The notes: generated by a model from the letters alone, not told the origin. Counted from the first letter of the stretch, positions 8,843 to 19,600 are shown. The stretch: 32,000 bases of DNA from an uncultured Prolixibacteraceae bacterium (GCA_964429135.1 CAYSAU010000017.1:23538-55537), one strand, 5' to 3'. A program made the numbers and translations.

Positions 8843-11304
8843 AAATATATCTTCTGAGTAGTTTGGTGCTGCTGGCTGTCTTTTTGGCTTTCATGATGAC
8901 TATGCATCAGGAGAAGCGTAGCCCTGTGTCTGATCGTAACCTCATCACCAAAACAGGTGTTTGCCCTCCATTTTATCTCTATGCTGAAGACGGCAGTCTG
9001 ATCGATCCTGTTCACAACATCAATGCCCAAGTGCCCTATTCTCCGAAACAGACCTGCGGGAAATGCCATGATTATAGTAAAATCACCAAAGGGTTTCATT
9101 TTCAGCAGGGGAAAGATGAAATGGCTTACGGAGCCTATGCCGAACGCTATCAATGGGTAACCACACCGGGGAACTATGGCGGTAACTGGTGTTCACCGGC
9201 TCCGCTTTACAATTATCTGTCCCCTAAGGATAATCCATCGGCAAAAGAGATGGATATGACCTCCTTTTCTTTTATCACCAGTGGTTGCGGAACATGCCAT
9301 CCGGGAGGAGGCTCATTTGAATTCGACCGTAACGGAAAACGTTATCCGGAAGCGATGAAAGAACTTGGTTATTCAGCCGGTGGGATAAATAATTTTGACG
9401 GAGATTATTACCAGGCACATTGGGATAAGAGTGGGGTAGGGGAAGGCGACTGCATGCTTTGTCATTTACCTGAATACGATTTCAAAGGCCGGAATACTCA
9501 TTTACTGAAATGGAACTTTGCCTGGATGTCCACAGTCGGATCGGGATTGGCATCCGTTTCCGGATCTGTCAAAGACTCGGTTCCGGTAACCGTTAGTTAT
9601 GACGTGTCGAAGTTCGGCAAGGACGGAAAGCTTTCCATGCACTTGTTGCGGGAACCCCGTAATGAAACCTGCCTGAACTGTCATGCCAAACCACAGTGGA
9701 AAAAGCGGGGAGCCTCTTTTTCAGCTACTACCGATGTCCATATGGCTAAAGGAATGAAGTGCGTGGATTGTCATCCAGCCGGCTCCATGTCTACAGATGA
9801 ACGGATTAAAGGGAAAGAGATTCACCAGTTTGGAAAAGGCGACGACCCCGGAGGACATGTTCGGGATGATCTCGACAACACGATGCGGACATGTAAAGAC
9901 TGCCATCTCACCGGGTATCTGAACGCTCCGATTGCCAACCATTCTTGGCTTCCCGCCTTCCACCTGGAGGAGCTCTCCTGCCAGGCCTGCCATATCCCGG
10001 AACGCAGGGTTAAAGCGGCATTGGTACAAGTCAGCGATGTGTACAATCCCGGGACAAAAATTTCACCCCCGGCAAAGTATATCTGGACCTTTTATGATCA
10101 ACAGATGAATTACTGGAATCATTACGGTGAGCTATCCATGTTTACGTACATGGACCAGCCATCCGATCCTTTTATACCGCAATATGCGCAATATAAGGAA
10201 CAGATCTTCCCGGTGAATCCGGTTCATAGCGCCTGGCCGGGGATTTTTACCCCTGGAAAAGCAGGCTTACACCAGCCTAGGATGAAGGATGTCTATGACA
10301 TGTGGACCAAACACCGGAAGGATCAGACCGCTTTCCCGGAACTCGCCCTGATCAGAGATGACAACGGTGACAGCATCCCGGAAGTTAACCGGCCGGAAGA
10401 AATCGATGCCCTGATACACTCCCTTAGCGGTTACCTTTCCAGCATCGGATACAACCTAACCGCCCGAAAGGTGGTTTGGGTGAACAACGACAGGATGTAT
10501 ACGAACGGCAACTCCTATAAAATGTTGGACAAAGAGGATTGGGAATCCTCTCCATACGCCTCTGTATACAAATACAACCACGATGTAGCTCCCGCCAAGG
10601 CGGGACTGGGAATCAAAGGGTGCACGGAATGTCATTCCTTTACCTCCGCTATGTTTTACGCTCAGGTCGTTAAATATCCATTTGGTGAAAACGGAGCTCC
10701 TGTGCTTGAACCTCAGTACAAACGAATGGGAATGAACGGTTTTTTCGTCTGGATGTCGGCTTTCCGCGAACAGATCCTTAAATCGGTTGAATATCCCGCT
10801 TTTATGCTCCTGTTCATACTGATCGTACTTTCCATCCTGATGAAGGTAAATCAAACGCAAGGTTATATAAAGATCACATCCGTCACCAGGTGGATCATCT
10901 GTGGCATTGCATTTACCGGTTTTCTTTTTGTTTATTACCAACCAGAACTGAACAGTTACATCCTTCCTGAACGGATGTGGCTGGATAAAAATCATTTCTG
11001 GATCAGCGGACTGGCGATCCTGATTGGGATCTATACCTGTCTGGTGATGCGAAAGGCCGGCATAAAGTCTGGATGGTTATACCATCTCCAAAACATCAGC
11101 ATCTGTATGGCCGTTGTTTCTGGGTTCTTGATGGTGATACGCTTTGAGGCGATTGAGCTTCTGGTGAAAGTGGCTTATACAATGTTTGACCTGGGTATTG
11201 TCGTCTCCATCCTGCTAGCTATGATCTGTTTCCTTCGTAATCTGGCTAACTTTCAGAACGACAATTTCCAACTCTTTCCTATGTTTACCTTTCCGGAAAA
11301 TTAA
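8839..11304 (+). CDS. Membrane-bound octaheme c-type cytochrome with C-terminal multi-TM domain
   Basis: 821 aa; eight CxxCH motifs (CGKCH, CGTCH, CMLCH, CLNCH, CVDCH, CKDCH, CQACH, CTECH), N-terminal signal/anchor, and about four to five hydrophobic segments in the last ~170 aa. Start ATGA overlaps the stop of the preceding gene by 4 nt. Confidence 0.88.
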   Translation: MKIYLLSSLVLLAVFLAFMMTMHQEKRSPVSDRNLITKTGVCPPFYLYAEDGSLIDPVHNINAQVPYSPKQTCGKCHDYSKITKGFHFQQGKDEMAYGAYAERYQWVTTPGNYGGNWCSPAPLYNYLSPKDNPSAKEMDMTSFSFITSGCGTCHPGGGSFEFDRNGKRYPEAMKELGYSAGGINNFDGDYYQAHWDKSGVGEGDCMLCHLPEYDFKGRNTHLLKWNFAWMSTVGSGLASVSGSVKDSVPVTVSYDVSKFGKDGKLSMHLLREPRNETCLNCHAKPQWKKRGASFSATTDVHMAKGMKCVDCHPAGSMSTDERIKGKEIHQFGKGDDPGGHVRDDLDNTMRTCKDCHLTGYLNAPIANHSWLPAFHLEELSCQACHIPERRVKAALVQVSDVYNPGTKISPPAKYIWTFYDQQMNYWNHYGELSMFTYMDQPSDPFIPQYAQYKEQIFPVNPVHSAWPGIFTPGKAGLHQPRMKDVYDMWTKHRKDQTAFPELALIRDDNGDSIPEVNRPEEIDALIHSLSGYLSSIGYNLTARKVVWVNNDRMYTNGNSYKMLDKEDWESSPYASVYKYNHDVAPAKAGLGIKGCTECHSFTSAMFYAQVVKYPFGENGAPVLEPQYKRMGMNGFFVWMSAFREQILKSVEYPAFMLLFILIVLSILMKVNQTQGYIKITSVTRWIICGIAFTGFLFVYYQPELNSYILPERMWLDKNHFWISGLAILIGIYTCLVMRKAGIKSGWLYHLQNISICMAVVSGFLMVIRFEAIELLVKVAYTMFDLGIVVSILLAMICFLRNLANFQNDNFQLFPMFTFPEN

Positions 11305-11347
11305 ACTGTTTCTTTTGATCATGGCTTGTTTCATTCTTGACACATCC

Positions 11348-13735
11348 TTACTGTCCCACTCTGATCAGCCCTTCCTCTGACTCAGAGGTCGTTGGTTTTT
11401 TCACTTTTTGCTGGGTTTGAGCATGCATCGACCAGGAGAGACCAACCCAAAGAACCCTGGAATCGGTCTTGCTCGTATTATGGAGCGTAAACTGCTCGTT
11501 TGTGGTTTCGATAATCCATCTGCGGCTGTTGAAGATATCCGAAAGGGTGAGTGATAAGGTGAATTTCTTGTCAAAAAAGGATTGCCTAACACTCAAATCT
11601 GTAGTATGGATCCCGTGCAGAAAAAACTCAGGCAGGTCAGAGGGGGAACTGTAAGAAAAGGTTCCCAGGATTTCTCCCTGTTTCCAAGGGAAAAATGATG
11701 CTTTGATCGAAAAGCCCCAGGCAAAGCCTTCTGAAGAGAGATCTACCCCTTTAAAATTACCTGCTGATTTGCTATACCACACGGAGATCCCCGATTGAAC
11801 AGTCATCCATCTGCCAACATCAAGGGTTCCATCAATCCCTCCACCGATTTTTCGCAGCCAGTCGCCGTTGGCATAGGTAGTCACCAGGGTATCAGGCGGA
11901 ATCAGGTATGAAACCTGTACGATGAAATTCCGGGCATCGCTGTAGTACAGCTGACTTAACAAGCGGAAGTTTTTTGTAGAATAGCTGTGGCTGAACTCAA
12001 CTTTGCTGGTTAGTTCCGGGTTGAGGTTCTTGTTCCCTGTTTCCACCGTTTTTTCATCAATCACGTTGATGTAGGGATTCAACTGGGGATAGGTCGGACG
12101 GGTTACGCGCCTTGTATATCCCAATGAGAGGTTTTGGGTGGGTGAAAGTGACAGGGAGAGCTCCAGAAAAGGGAATGGGAAGAAATACTCCGCAAAAAGG
12201 TTCTCGCCTGTCGTGTTCTGATGAAGATTTCGGGTATTGTATTCCAGCCGGATGCCTGCTTTCCAGAAGAGTCTGCCGAAAAGACTGTCGGAAGCCATGG
12301 CATATCCGGCATAAATGTACTCGTGTTGCTCCAGATCGTTGGAATAAGTGGGATTCAGGATCCAGGCACCTGAAAGTGTATCCAGGTTCCAGAAGTTGTA
12401 GGCAAATGAGTTCCATCGGGAAAAAAAACGTAATCCGGTTTCCAGTTTTCCCTTGCGGAACACCGGCCTGAGATAGTCAGCATGAATGGTCACATTGGTT
12501 GGGGCTCCTCCTCCCTCGGATTTCTGCAGGAGGCGATCCTCCAGGTAATAATCGGCAAAACGTGTTCCTTTGGTACGGGAGAAAAAGGTCTCTATGGAGA
12601 ATTCATGGCGGTTCCGGTCAAAAATATGCTTGTAGTTCAGTGAAACCTCCGCCATTGTCCGGGCATGAGTGATGTCGTTCCTACGATGAAGTCCGGTTAC
12701 TGTATCGGCTCCGGAAATCTGAGAGCCTTCCACCTGCTGGTCGTTCCTCAGGCTGGGAAAAGATAATTTTGCATCCAGCGATAACACATCCCGTTTCCCT
12801 GGTCTATATCCGGCTGATAGTGACACCTGCTGTGTCTCGCTGAAACGCCGGGTGTACATTGTCTGGTTCACCTTCTCCCCGGATGCTAAAAAAGTGCGGT
12901 TGAGCGAACTGCTGATCTGCTGGGGGTCGTATCGGCCGGTATATCTGATACCGACATCCCAGACCGCGTTGGCAAATGAAAATGCTGCTCCTCCATTGAC
13001 CTTATTGGAAATCCCCCAGTTCAGGTTGGCTGACCCGGAAATCCCGGAAGCTTTGCGCTGTTTGGTTACAATGTTGACGATGCCACCGGTTCCTTCGGCA
13101 TCGTAGGCGGCATCCGGACTGGTGATCAGTTCGATGTTGCTGACCTGGGAGGCCGGGATTGCATCAAGTGCCGATAGGGTAGTGGGTCGACCGTCAAGAA
13201 GCACCAGGATGTTTTTATTTCCCCTTAGGTAGATATGGTCGTTGTGATCGATGGTGACTGCCGGTTGACTCTTCAGCACATCCAGGATATTACCGGAAGC
13301 AGATCCCGCACTTTTGGCAACTTGGATGGTGGTCTTTTCGACTGTGGTCTCCTGCTCCCTGACCCTTCCCACTACCTGTAATTCGTTCAGAGAAACCGAG
13401 GAAAGACTTAGCCCGATGGGATCAGGAAGATGATATAATCTTCCCAGAAGCCGAACCGGTACATAGGCATGGTTATACCCAACAAAACTGCAACGCAGCA
13501 GGTAATCACCCGGTGTGACTCCGAAAATCCGGAATTCTCCCTTTTGCGTAGTGACCACACCGGTAACCAGCGCGGTGTCGGTAGTCCGGCATAAAACCAC
13601 ACTGACATATTCAAGTGGTTGACTGGTTAAGGAATCGATCACTATTCCTGAAAAAACAACCGTTTCCGGTTTTTGAGAAAAGGCATAAGGAAGATAATGA
13701 AAGAAAATTAAACAAAGGAGGAAAAAAAACTTCAT
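11348..13735 (-). CDS. Outer-membrane beta-barrel protein, TonB-dependent receptor-like with carboxypeptidase-regulatory-like N-terminal domain
   Basis: 795 aa; signal peptide, VVFSGIVIDSLTSQPLEYVSVVLCRTTDTALVTGVVTTQKGEFRIFGVTPGDYLLRCSFVGY, plug-like NKNILVLLDGRPT...VELITSPDAAYDAEGTGGIVNIVTKQ, C-terminal beta barrel. Confidence 0.9.
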   Translation of the reverse strand: MKFFFLLCLIFFHYLPYAFSQKPETVVFSGIVIDSLTSQPLEYVSVVLCRTTDTALVTGVVTTQKGEFRIFGVTPGDYLLRCSFVGYNHAYVPVRLLGRLYHLPDPIGLSLSSVSLNELQVVGRVREQETTVEKTTIQVAKSAGSASGNILDVLKSQPAVTIDHNDHIYLRGNKNILVLLDGRPTTLSALDAIPASQVSNIELITSPDAAYDAEGTGGIVNIVTKQRKASGISGSANLNWGISNKVNGGAAFSFANAVWDVGIRYTGRYDPQQISSSLNRTFLASGEKVNQTMYTRRFSETQQVSLSAGYRPGKRDVLSLDAKLSFPSLRNDQQVEGSQISGADTVTGLHRRNDITHARTMAEVSLNYKHIFDRNRHEFSIETFFSRTKGTRFADYYLEDRLLQKSEGGGAPTNVTIHADYLRPVFRKGKLETGLRFFSRWNSFAYNFWNLDTLSGAWILNPTYSNDLEQHEYIYAGYAMASDSLFGRLFWKAGIRLEYNTRNLHQNTTGENLFAEYFFPFPFLELSLSLSPTQNLSLGYTRRVTRPTYPQLNPYINVIDEKTVETGNKNLNPELTSKVEFSHSYSTKNFRLLSQLYYSDARNFIVQVSYLIPPDTLVTTYANGDWLRKIGGGIDGTLDVGRWMTVQSGISVWYSKSAGNFKGVDLSSEGFAWGFSIKASFFPWKQGEILGTFSYSSPSDLPEFFLHGIHTTDLSVRQSFFDKKFTLSLTLSDIFNSRRWIIETTNEQFTLHNTSKTDSRVLWVGLSWSMHAQTQQKVKKPTTSESEEGLIRVGQ

Positions 13736-13821
13736 ATCAGTTAGACACCTTACGAGCAGAAAACTTTCGTCACAGAAAAAACAAAAAATAAATGAAATTA
13801 TTGTTAAATTTTAACGTAAAA

Positions 13822-13852
13822 ATACGTCATTATAAAAACCAACGTATATTTG
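13822..13852 (+). promoter_or_regulatory. Candidate promoter/operator for the second ars operon
   Basis: Inverted repeat ATACGT (13822-13827) N14 ACGTAT (13842-13847) overlapping the -7-like box TATATTTG (13845-13852), about 30 bp before the arsR2 ATG. Confidence 0.5.
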
Positions 13853-13882
13853 CGTCATTCATTTTCAAATTTTCAAATCGAC

Positions 13883-14218
13883 ATGGTTGCAGCTAAAACA
13901 GGACTATTCGACCAAGATCTTAAAACCAGTGCTACTTTCTTCAAAGCATTGGGTCACCCAGCCCGTCTGACTATCCTGAAATATCTGGGTGGAATGCAAA
14001 TGTGCATGACCGGTGACATCTGCGATGAGTTGCCCCTGAGCAGAACCACCGTGATGCAGCACCTGAAAGCGTTGAAAAAAGCCGGACTGATTCAGGGAAC
14101 GGTAGAAGGTACGCGGGTGAACTATTGCCTGAACCCCTGTGCCATCAAAGATCTCAAAAAAATATCCAATGACTTGTTACTTGAACTGAACATTTCGGGA
14201 AACAACACATGTCACTAA
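13883..14218 (+). CDS. arsR: ArsR/SmtB-family metalloregulator (arsR2)
   Basis: FKALGHPARLTILKYLGGMQMCMTGDICDELPLSRTTVMQHLKALKKAGLIQGTVEGTRVNYCLNPC. Start placed at Met12 of the track ORF (ATGGTTGCAGC at 13883). Confidence 0.92.
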   Translation: MVAAKTGLFDQDLKTSATFFKALGHPARLTILKYLGGMQMCMTGDICDELPLSRTTVMQHLKALKKAGLIQGTVEGTRVNYCLNPCAIKDLKKISNDLLLELNISGNNTCH

Positions 14219-14244
14219 TCATCAACAGATTAAAATATAAATAC

Positions 14245-14664
14245 ATGACGAAAATTCTTATACTTTGTACCGGGAACTCTTGTCGAAGCCAGATGGCCGA
14301 AGGGTTTCTGAAATCATTTGACCCTTCGCTGGAGGTCTTTTCAGCCGGTACCCATCCAGCTTCTAAACCTAATCCGTATGCGGTGGAGGTCATGCGGGAA
14401 GCAGGCATCGATATCTCATCCAACCAACCTAAAAACGTTGGTTTGTTTGTGGATCAACCCTTTGATTATGTGATTACGGTATGCGATGGCGCCAAAGAGG
14501 TTTGCCCTCTTTTTACCGGTAAGGTTGAACACCGCCTCCACATCGGTTTTGAAGACCCAGCCGATGCTTGCGGAACCCGGGAAGAAATCTTATCGGTCTA
14601 TCGGAAAGTCAGGGATCAGATTCATGAACGGTTTTTGAAATTCTATCAGGATTTGAAAACTTAA
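14245..14664 (+). CDS. arsC: Arsenate reductase, low-molecular-weight phosphatase type
   Basis: TKILILCTGNSCRSQMAEGFLKSF (P-loop CxGNSCRS), VITVCDGAKEVCPLF, FEDPADACGTREE. Start at Met13 of the track ORF. Confidence 0.93.
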   Translation: MTKILILCTGNSCRSQMAEGFLKSFDPSLEVFSAGTHPASKPNPYAVEVMREAGIDISSNQPKNVGLFVDQPFDYVITVCDGAKEVCPLFTGKVEHRLHIGFEDPADACGTREEILSVYRKVRDQIHERFLKFYQDLKT

Positions 14665-14685
14665 AGATTTGAAAATAAAAAAGTT

Positions 14686-15510
14686 ATGAAGAATAATAAA
14701 AAGAAGATCAATCTAAAAGAACTGGTACAAAAAAAATACAGCGAGATCGCCAATCAATCGAAAACCGCGAACCAGTCATCCTGCTGTGGGAGTGGACCCT
14801 GTTGCGGAGAAGCGGATTATACCGTGTTCAGCGACGATTATACCGGAAATGATGGGTATAACCCTGATGCCGATCTGGGACTTGGATGCGGGATCCCGAC
14901 AGATTTTGCCCAATTGAAACCTGGAGATCATGTTCTCGATCTGGGCAGCGGCGCCGGCAACGATTGTTTCGTGGCCCGCGCGCTGGTTGGGGATGCAGGC
15001 CACGTGATCGGCCTCGACTTCACTGATGCCATGATCGAAAAGGCCGGTGAAAACAACCGGAAGATGGGTTATGCCAATGTGGAATTTGCGAAAGGCGACA
15101 TTGAAGCGATGCCGTTTCCGGATAACCGCTTCGATGTGATCCTCTCCAACTGTGTACTGAATCTGGTCCCCGACAAAGGAAAAGCATTTGCCGAGATCTT
15201 CCGGGTACTGAAGTTCGGGGGACATTTCTGTATCTCCGATGTAGTTCTGAGGGGAGAACTGCCCGAAGCCCTGAAAAAAGATGCTGAACTATACGCCGGT
15301 TGCGTTTCCGGAGCCATCGACAGGGATCAATATACAGCCATTATCCGGAAAACAGGCTTCCTGGAGATCACTATTCATAAAGAAAAACCTATCAAACTTC
15401 CCGATACATTGCTGTCAAACTACCTCAGTGAAAAGGAAATAATTGATTTCAAGAAAGGCAAAACCGGCATCCTCAGCATCACAATCTCCGGAAGAAAATT
15501 TGAAAATTAA
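14686..15510 (+). CDS. arsM: Arsenite (As(III)) S-adenosylmethionine methyltransferase
   Basis: [82 protein letters not shown]: ArsM SAM motif and conserved cysteines. Confidence 0.95.
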   Translation: MKNNKKKINLKELVQKKYSEIANQSKTANQSSCCGSGPCCGEADYTVFSDDYTGNDGYNPDADLGLGCGIPTDFAQLKPGDHVLDLGSGAGNDCFVARALVGDAGHVIGLDFTDAMIEKAGENNRKMGYANVEFAKGDIEAMPFPDNRFDVILSNCVLNLVPDKGKAFAEIFRVLKFGGHFCISDVVLRGELPEALKKDAELYAGCVSGAIDRDQYTAIIRKTGFLEITIHKEKPIKLPDTLLSNYLSEKEIIDFKKGKTGILSITISGRKFEN

Positions 15511-15565
15511 AAAATCATCAGCACCTCAAAATCAAAACACTAATAATCTTCAAATTTTCAAATCA

Positions 15566-16624
15566 ATGAAGACTCAACTCAAAATCTTAGATAGATACCT
15601 GACCCTGTGGATTTTTCTCTCCATGTTTGTTGGCGTTTTTTCAGGGTATCTTTTTCCAGTCGTAGTGGATTTTTGGAACATGTTCAACTCCGGCACCACC
15701 AACATTCCCATCGCCATCGGACTCATTCTGATGATGTACCCTCCGTTGGCCAAGGTGAAGTATGAGGAGCTGGGGATGGTGTTCCGGAACGTCAAGGTTC
15801 TCGGGCTTTCCCTTATCCAGAACTGGATCGTGGGGCCTATATTGATGTTTACCCTGGCCATCGCATTCATCAAGCTCTTCCCTGGAGAAAATTATTCCAA
15901 CCTTCCGTATATGTACGGGATCATTCTGATCGGACTGGCCCGGTGCATTGCCATGGTGATCGTGTGGAACGAGCTGGCCAAAGGGGATACGGAGTATTGT
16001 GCCGGGTTGGTGGCCTTAAACTCCATTTTCCAGGTTCTTTTGTTCTCTGTCTATGCCTATCTGTTTATCGCCATCATGCCCGGATGGTTCGGTGTACCTA
16101 CCAATCCGATTGTAGAACAGATCACCATCGGCCAGATTGTCGAGAGCGTTTTCATCTATCTTGGGATCCCCTTTATTGCCGGCTTCCTAACCCGGTTTAT
16201 CCTCATCCGGGTTAAAGACAAAACCTGGTACCATACGAAATTCATTCCGAAAATCAGTCCGCTCACCCTCATCGCCCTGCTGTTCACGATCGTGGTGATG
16301 TTCAGTCTCAAAGGGGAGTACATCGTCAAGCTACCGCTGGATGTAGTGATGATTGCCATTCCCCTTATCCTTTATTTTCTGATCATGTTCCTGTTCTCCT
16401 TCTGGATGAGCAAAAAGGCGGGTGCAAACTACCCTCAATCGGCTACTTTGTCGTTCACCGCTGCCAGCAACAATTTTGAGTTGGCTATAGCCGTAGCCAT
16501 CGCTATTTTCGGGATCACCTCCGGCGAAGCCTTTGCCGCCGTGATCGGCCCCCTGGTCGAAGTCCCCGTGATGCTGGGGTTGGTTAGTCTGGCTTTCTGG
16601 TTCAAAAAGAAATACTTTACCTGA
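15566..16624 (+). CDS. arsB: ACR3-family arsenite efflux transporter
   Basis: [105 protein letters not shown]. Start at Met42 of the track ORF. Confidence 0.95.
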   Translation: MKTQLKILDRYLTLWIFLSMFVGVFSGYLFPVVVDFWNMFNSGTTNIPIAIGLILMMYPPLAKVKYEELGMVFRNVKVLGLSLIQNWIVGPILMFTLAIAFIKLFPGENYSNLPYMYGIILIGLARCIAMVIVWNELAKGDTEYCAGLVALNSIFQVLLFSVYAYLFIAIMPGWFGVPTNPIVEQITIGQIVESVFIYLGIPFIAGFLTRFILIRVKDKTWYHTKFIPKISPLTLIALLFTIVVMFSLKGEYIVKLPLDVVMIAIPLILYFLIMFLFSFWMSKKAGANYPQSATLSFTAASNNFELAIAVAIAIFGITSGEAFAAVIGPLVEVPVMLGLVSLAFWFKKKYFT

Positions 16625-16664
16625 CCTTAACAAACGGTGACATAGACAAACCAGACGTGGAATG

Positions 16665-19600
16665 TTAATCTACAAAATCTCTCGTTGCTGTTAATGTGGA
16701 ATATTGCTTCAATATAGCAAACAACTTCTCCTTTTGTATTGGTTTTGCCAGATAGCCATCGCAGCCGGCAGCCAGAAAGCGTTGTTCATCACCGGTTTGT
16801 GCATAAGCGGTAGTTGCGATAATGGGTAACTCAGGGCGGAACTCACGGATACGCGTAGTTGCTTCCAACCCGTTCATAACAGGCATTTTAATATCCATCA
16901 GCACCAGCGAAATATCGGAATATTGTTTGCATAAGGACACGGCTTCTTCACCATTTTTGGCCAGCAGGTAATCGCATCCGGCCAATCTCAAAACAACTTC
17001 CATGTAAAAATAATTTGATTCTTCATCTTCGGCTAAAAGTACCAGGGGTTTCCTTACCGGAGAAGTATTTTTCTTCCCGGCTGGAAGTGTTTTATCGGCA
17101 TGCTCCCTTACTACGTAAGGTACCGTAAAGGTGAAGGAGGAACCTTTGCCTTTTTCGGAAGTGGCTGAAATGGCGCCTCCAAGCAGTTTAACCAAACCAC
17201 TGGCAATGGAGAGCCCAAGCCCACTGCCTTCATGGCCGCGTTTATCGGATGGGTCTTCCTGGGTAAACATAGTAAAAATTTCATCCAGCATTTTTGGTGC
17301 TATCCCTCTACCGGTATCCTTTACATAAAATTCAACAAAGCCTTCATTAAGTTTGTATCCACAGCCTATACTTCCCCTTTCAGTAAATTTCAATGCATTG
17401 TCTAACAGCGCATGAAGTGTTTTACCGATCAATTCGGGATCAGAATCAAGGACTAAATCAGCGTCATGGTGATTATCAGTTTCAAACGATATGCTTTTAG
17501 ATGTGCATAATTGCATTACATCTTTTGTAATTTCTTCAAAGAATGGTTGTAAGAGGAACTCTTTTTTATGCACCTCCATGGTGCCAGAAAAAATCCGCGC
17601 CATGTCCATATAATCCCTCACGGTATTCATCAGGCGGTTACTCGATTGTTGCACCATTGCAAGCATTTTCTCTTTATCTTCCAGAGAAATGCCTTCATCC
17701 AACATTAATTTGCCAAACCCCAGTATTCCGTTAAGTGGTGTTCTGATTTCGTGTGAGATATTATTGATAAATGCTGTTTTCAGCTTGTCGCTTTCCTGGG
17801 CTTTTTCTTTGGCCGCGACCAATGCTTCGAGTGTCCTTTTTCTGTCGGTGATATCTTGCTTAATACTGACAAAGTTGGTGATAACTCCCTCACGATTTAC
17901 AATGGATGAGATAATCGCCTTTGCCCAGTACAATTCCCCGCTTTTCTTTTTATTTAAAAATTCACCCTCCCAGTTGTTGCCCGAAAGAATGGTATCCCAA
18001 ACCTCCTTGTAAAAGGCTTTGGAATGATGCCCTGATTTCAAAATATTGGTTTTTTTGCCTTTTACCTCGTCAAAGCAATAGCCTGTCAATTCTGTGAAAA
18101 ATGGATTGACATATTCAATAATGCCTTCTATGTTGGTTATCATTACCGAGATTGAACTTTGTTCAACGATCCTGGAAAGTTTAATCGCCTGTTCCTCTAA
18201 CTGTATATGTTCAGTGATGTCTCTTATACATGCTACCCTAAAATATTCACCATTATAAAATATGTCCTTGGCTTCAATTTCGGCATCGAAAGTAGAGCCA
18301 TCTTTTCGTATTACCTTTATTTGATAGGGTGTTGCAACTTTTTTTGAAAGATTAGCTTTCACGATTGCATGCGAAACAGGATGAATCAGGTTGAATAAAT
18401 GCATCCCTGTCAATTCATCTCTTTCGTAACCAAGCATTTTTACTGCGCTTTGATTGACATCAATGGTGATGGCATTATTGTGGATAATAATTCCTTCAAA
18501 GGTAAAAGATGCCAGCTTCTTGAATCTGTCCTCGCTTTCTTTTAATTTTTCTTCCGTCTTCTGTTTTTTGATGATAATGGAAGCTTGTTGAATAAATGCT
18601 TCGATCAGTTCGGTGTTGATGGGTTCGGATTTTGTATTTGTGGTGAAAGTGACATTGCCGATAATTTGCGTGTCTTGTTGAAAAGCAATGCTATACATCT
18701 TTTCGATAGAGAACATCTTTTTGACAGTATTGCCGATGGCGGCCGAGAGTCTGTCATTGAAAAGACCCGGAAAGTCAAATTCCATTTCTTCTAATCTGCC
18801 GCTGGTAATCTTTTCATAATATTTGGTTGAAATTTCTCCTTCCAGCTTGTTGATGTCAAATCCGAGAAGCCTGGAAAGTTCAGCCGTTTTTTTGCCAATA
18901 CCCTCTGTATGCTTTATTTTCCATCGGTTTTGACTAGGATCATATTCCAACAGAGCAACGATTGAATGGCCTTCAAATAATTCGTAGAGTTTATGAACCG
19001 TATAGGTGTAGATTTCCTGAATGGAAGTTAACTCAACCATTTCGAATGCAGTTTGAGCCAGAAAAGCTTTATGTTTCTCACTTAGTCGCAGCGCTTCCTC
19101 AGCCTGCTTGCGTTGGGTGATGTCGGAGAATACCGTGGAGAAAAAACCCCTTTGCGGACATCCTGCAGTGACATGGAGATATTTATCCAAAGGTGGAAAG
19201 TAAGCTTCAAATTCTGCTGGTTCGCCAGTTTCGGCAACTTGAGCATAGGTTTCAAGAAAGGGTATCTTTTTTGTTCCATATAGCTCTGACGCTTTTATCC
19301 CGATCACTTCTCCACGATTTTTTCCGATAATTCTATTGTAAGCAGGATTCATATCCAAAATGATGTAATCAACAGCTTTCCCGTTTTCGTAAATAATCTC
19401 ATCCAGACAACTGGCAGAAGCCATGTTCTCAAACATTGACTTGAATTGAGATTCACTTTTTCTGAGCGACTCTGATGTTTTTTGATAATCCGCTTTTACT
19501 CTTGCTTCCTCCAGCGCCCGCTTTACGGCTATGGGAAGCCTTTCGTGCCTGTCTTTTAATACATAGTCCACTGCACCCAGCTTAAGCAATTCAACGGCAG

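Noticed and set aside
10456-10995. 179-aa minus-strand ORF inside the cytochrome gene
   Set aside because: Fully contained in the well-supported octaheme cytochrome CDS, and it has no recognisable motif.
12057-12471. Overlapping ORFs antisense or out of frame within the outer-membrane receptor gene
   Set aside because: Low-complexity, family-less translations embedded in a clearly coding opposite frame; typical shadow ORFs.
11348-13735. Calling the TonB-type protein an arsenical receptor
   Set aside because: Only position and a shared intergenic region support it; the protein motifs are generic for this large outer-membrane family, so it is kept only as a testable hypothesis.
14776-15225. 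149-aa minus-strand ORF antisense to arsM
   Set aside because: Shadow of the arsM coding frame; the sense frame has all expected motifs.
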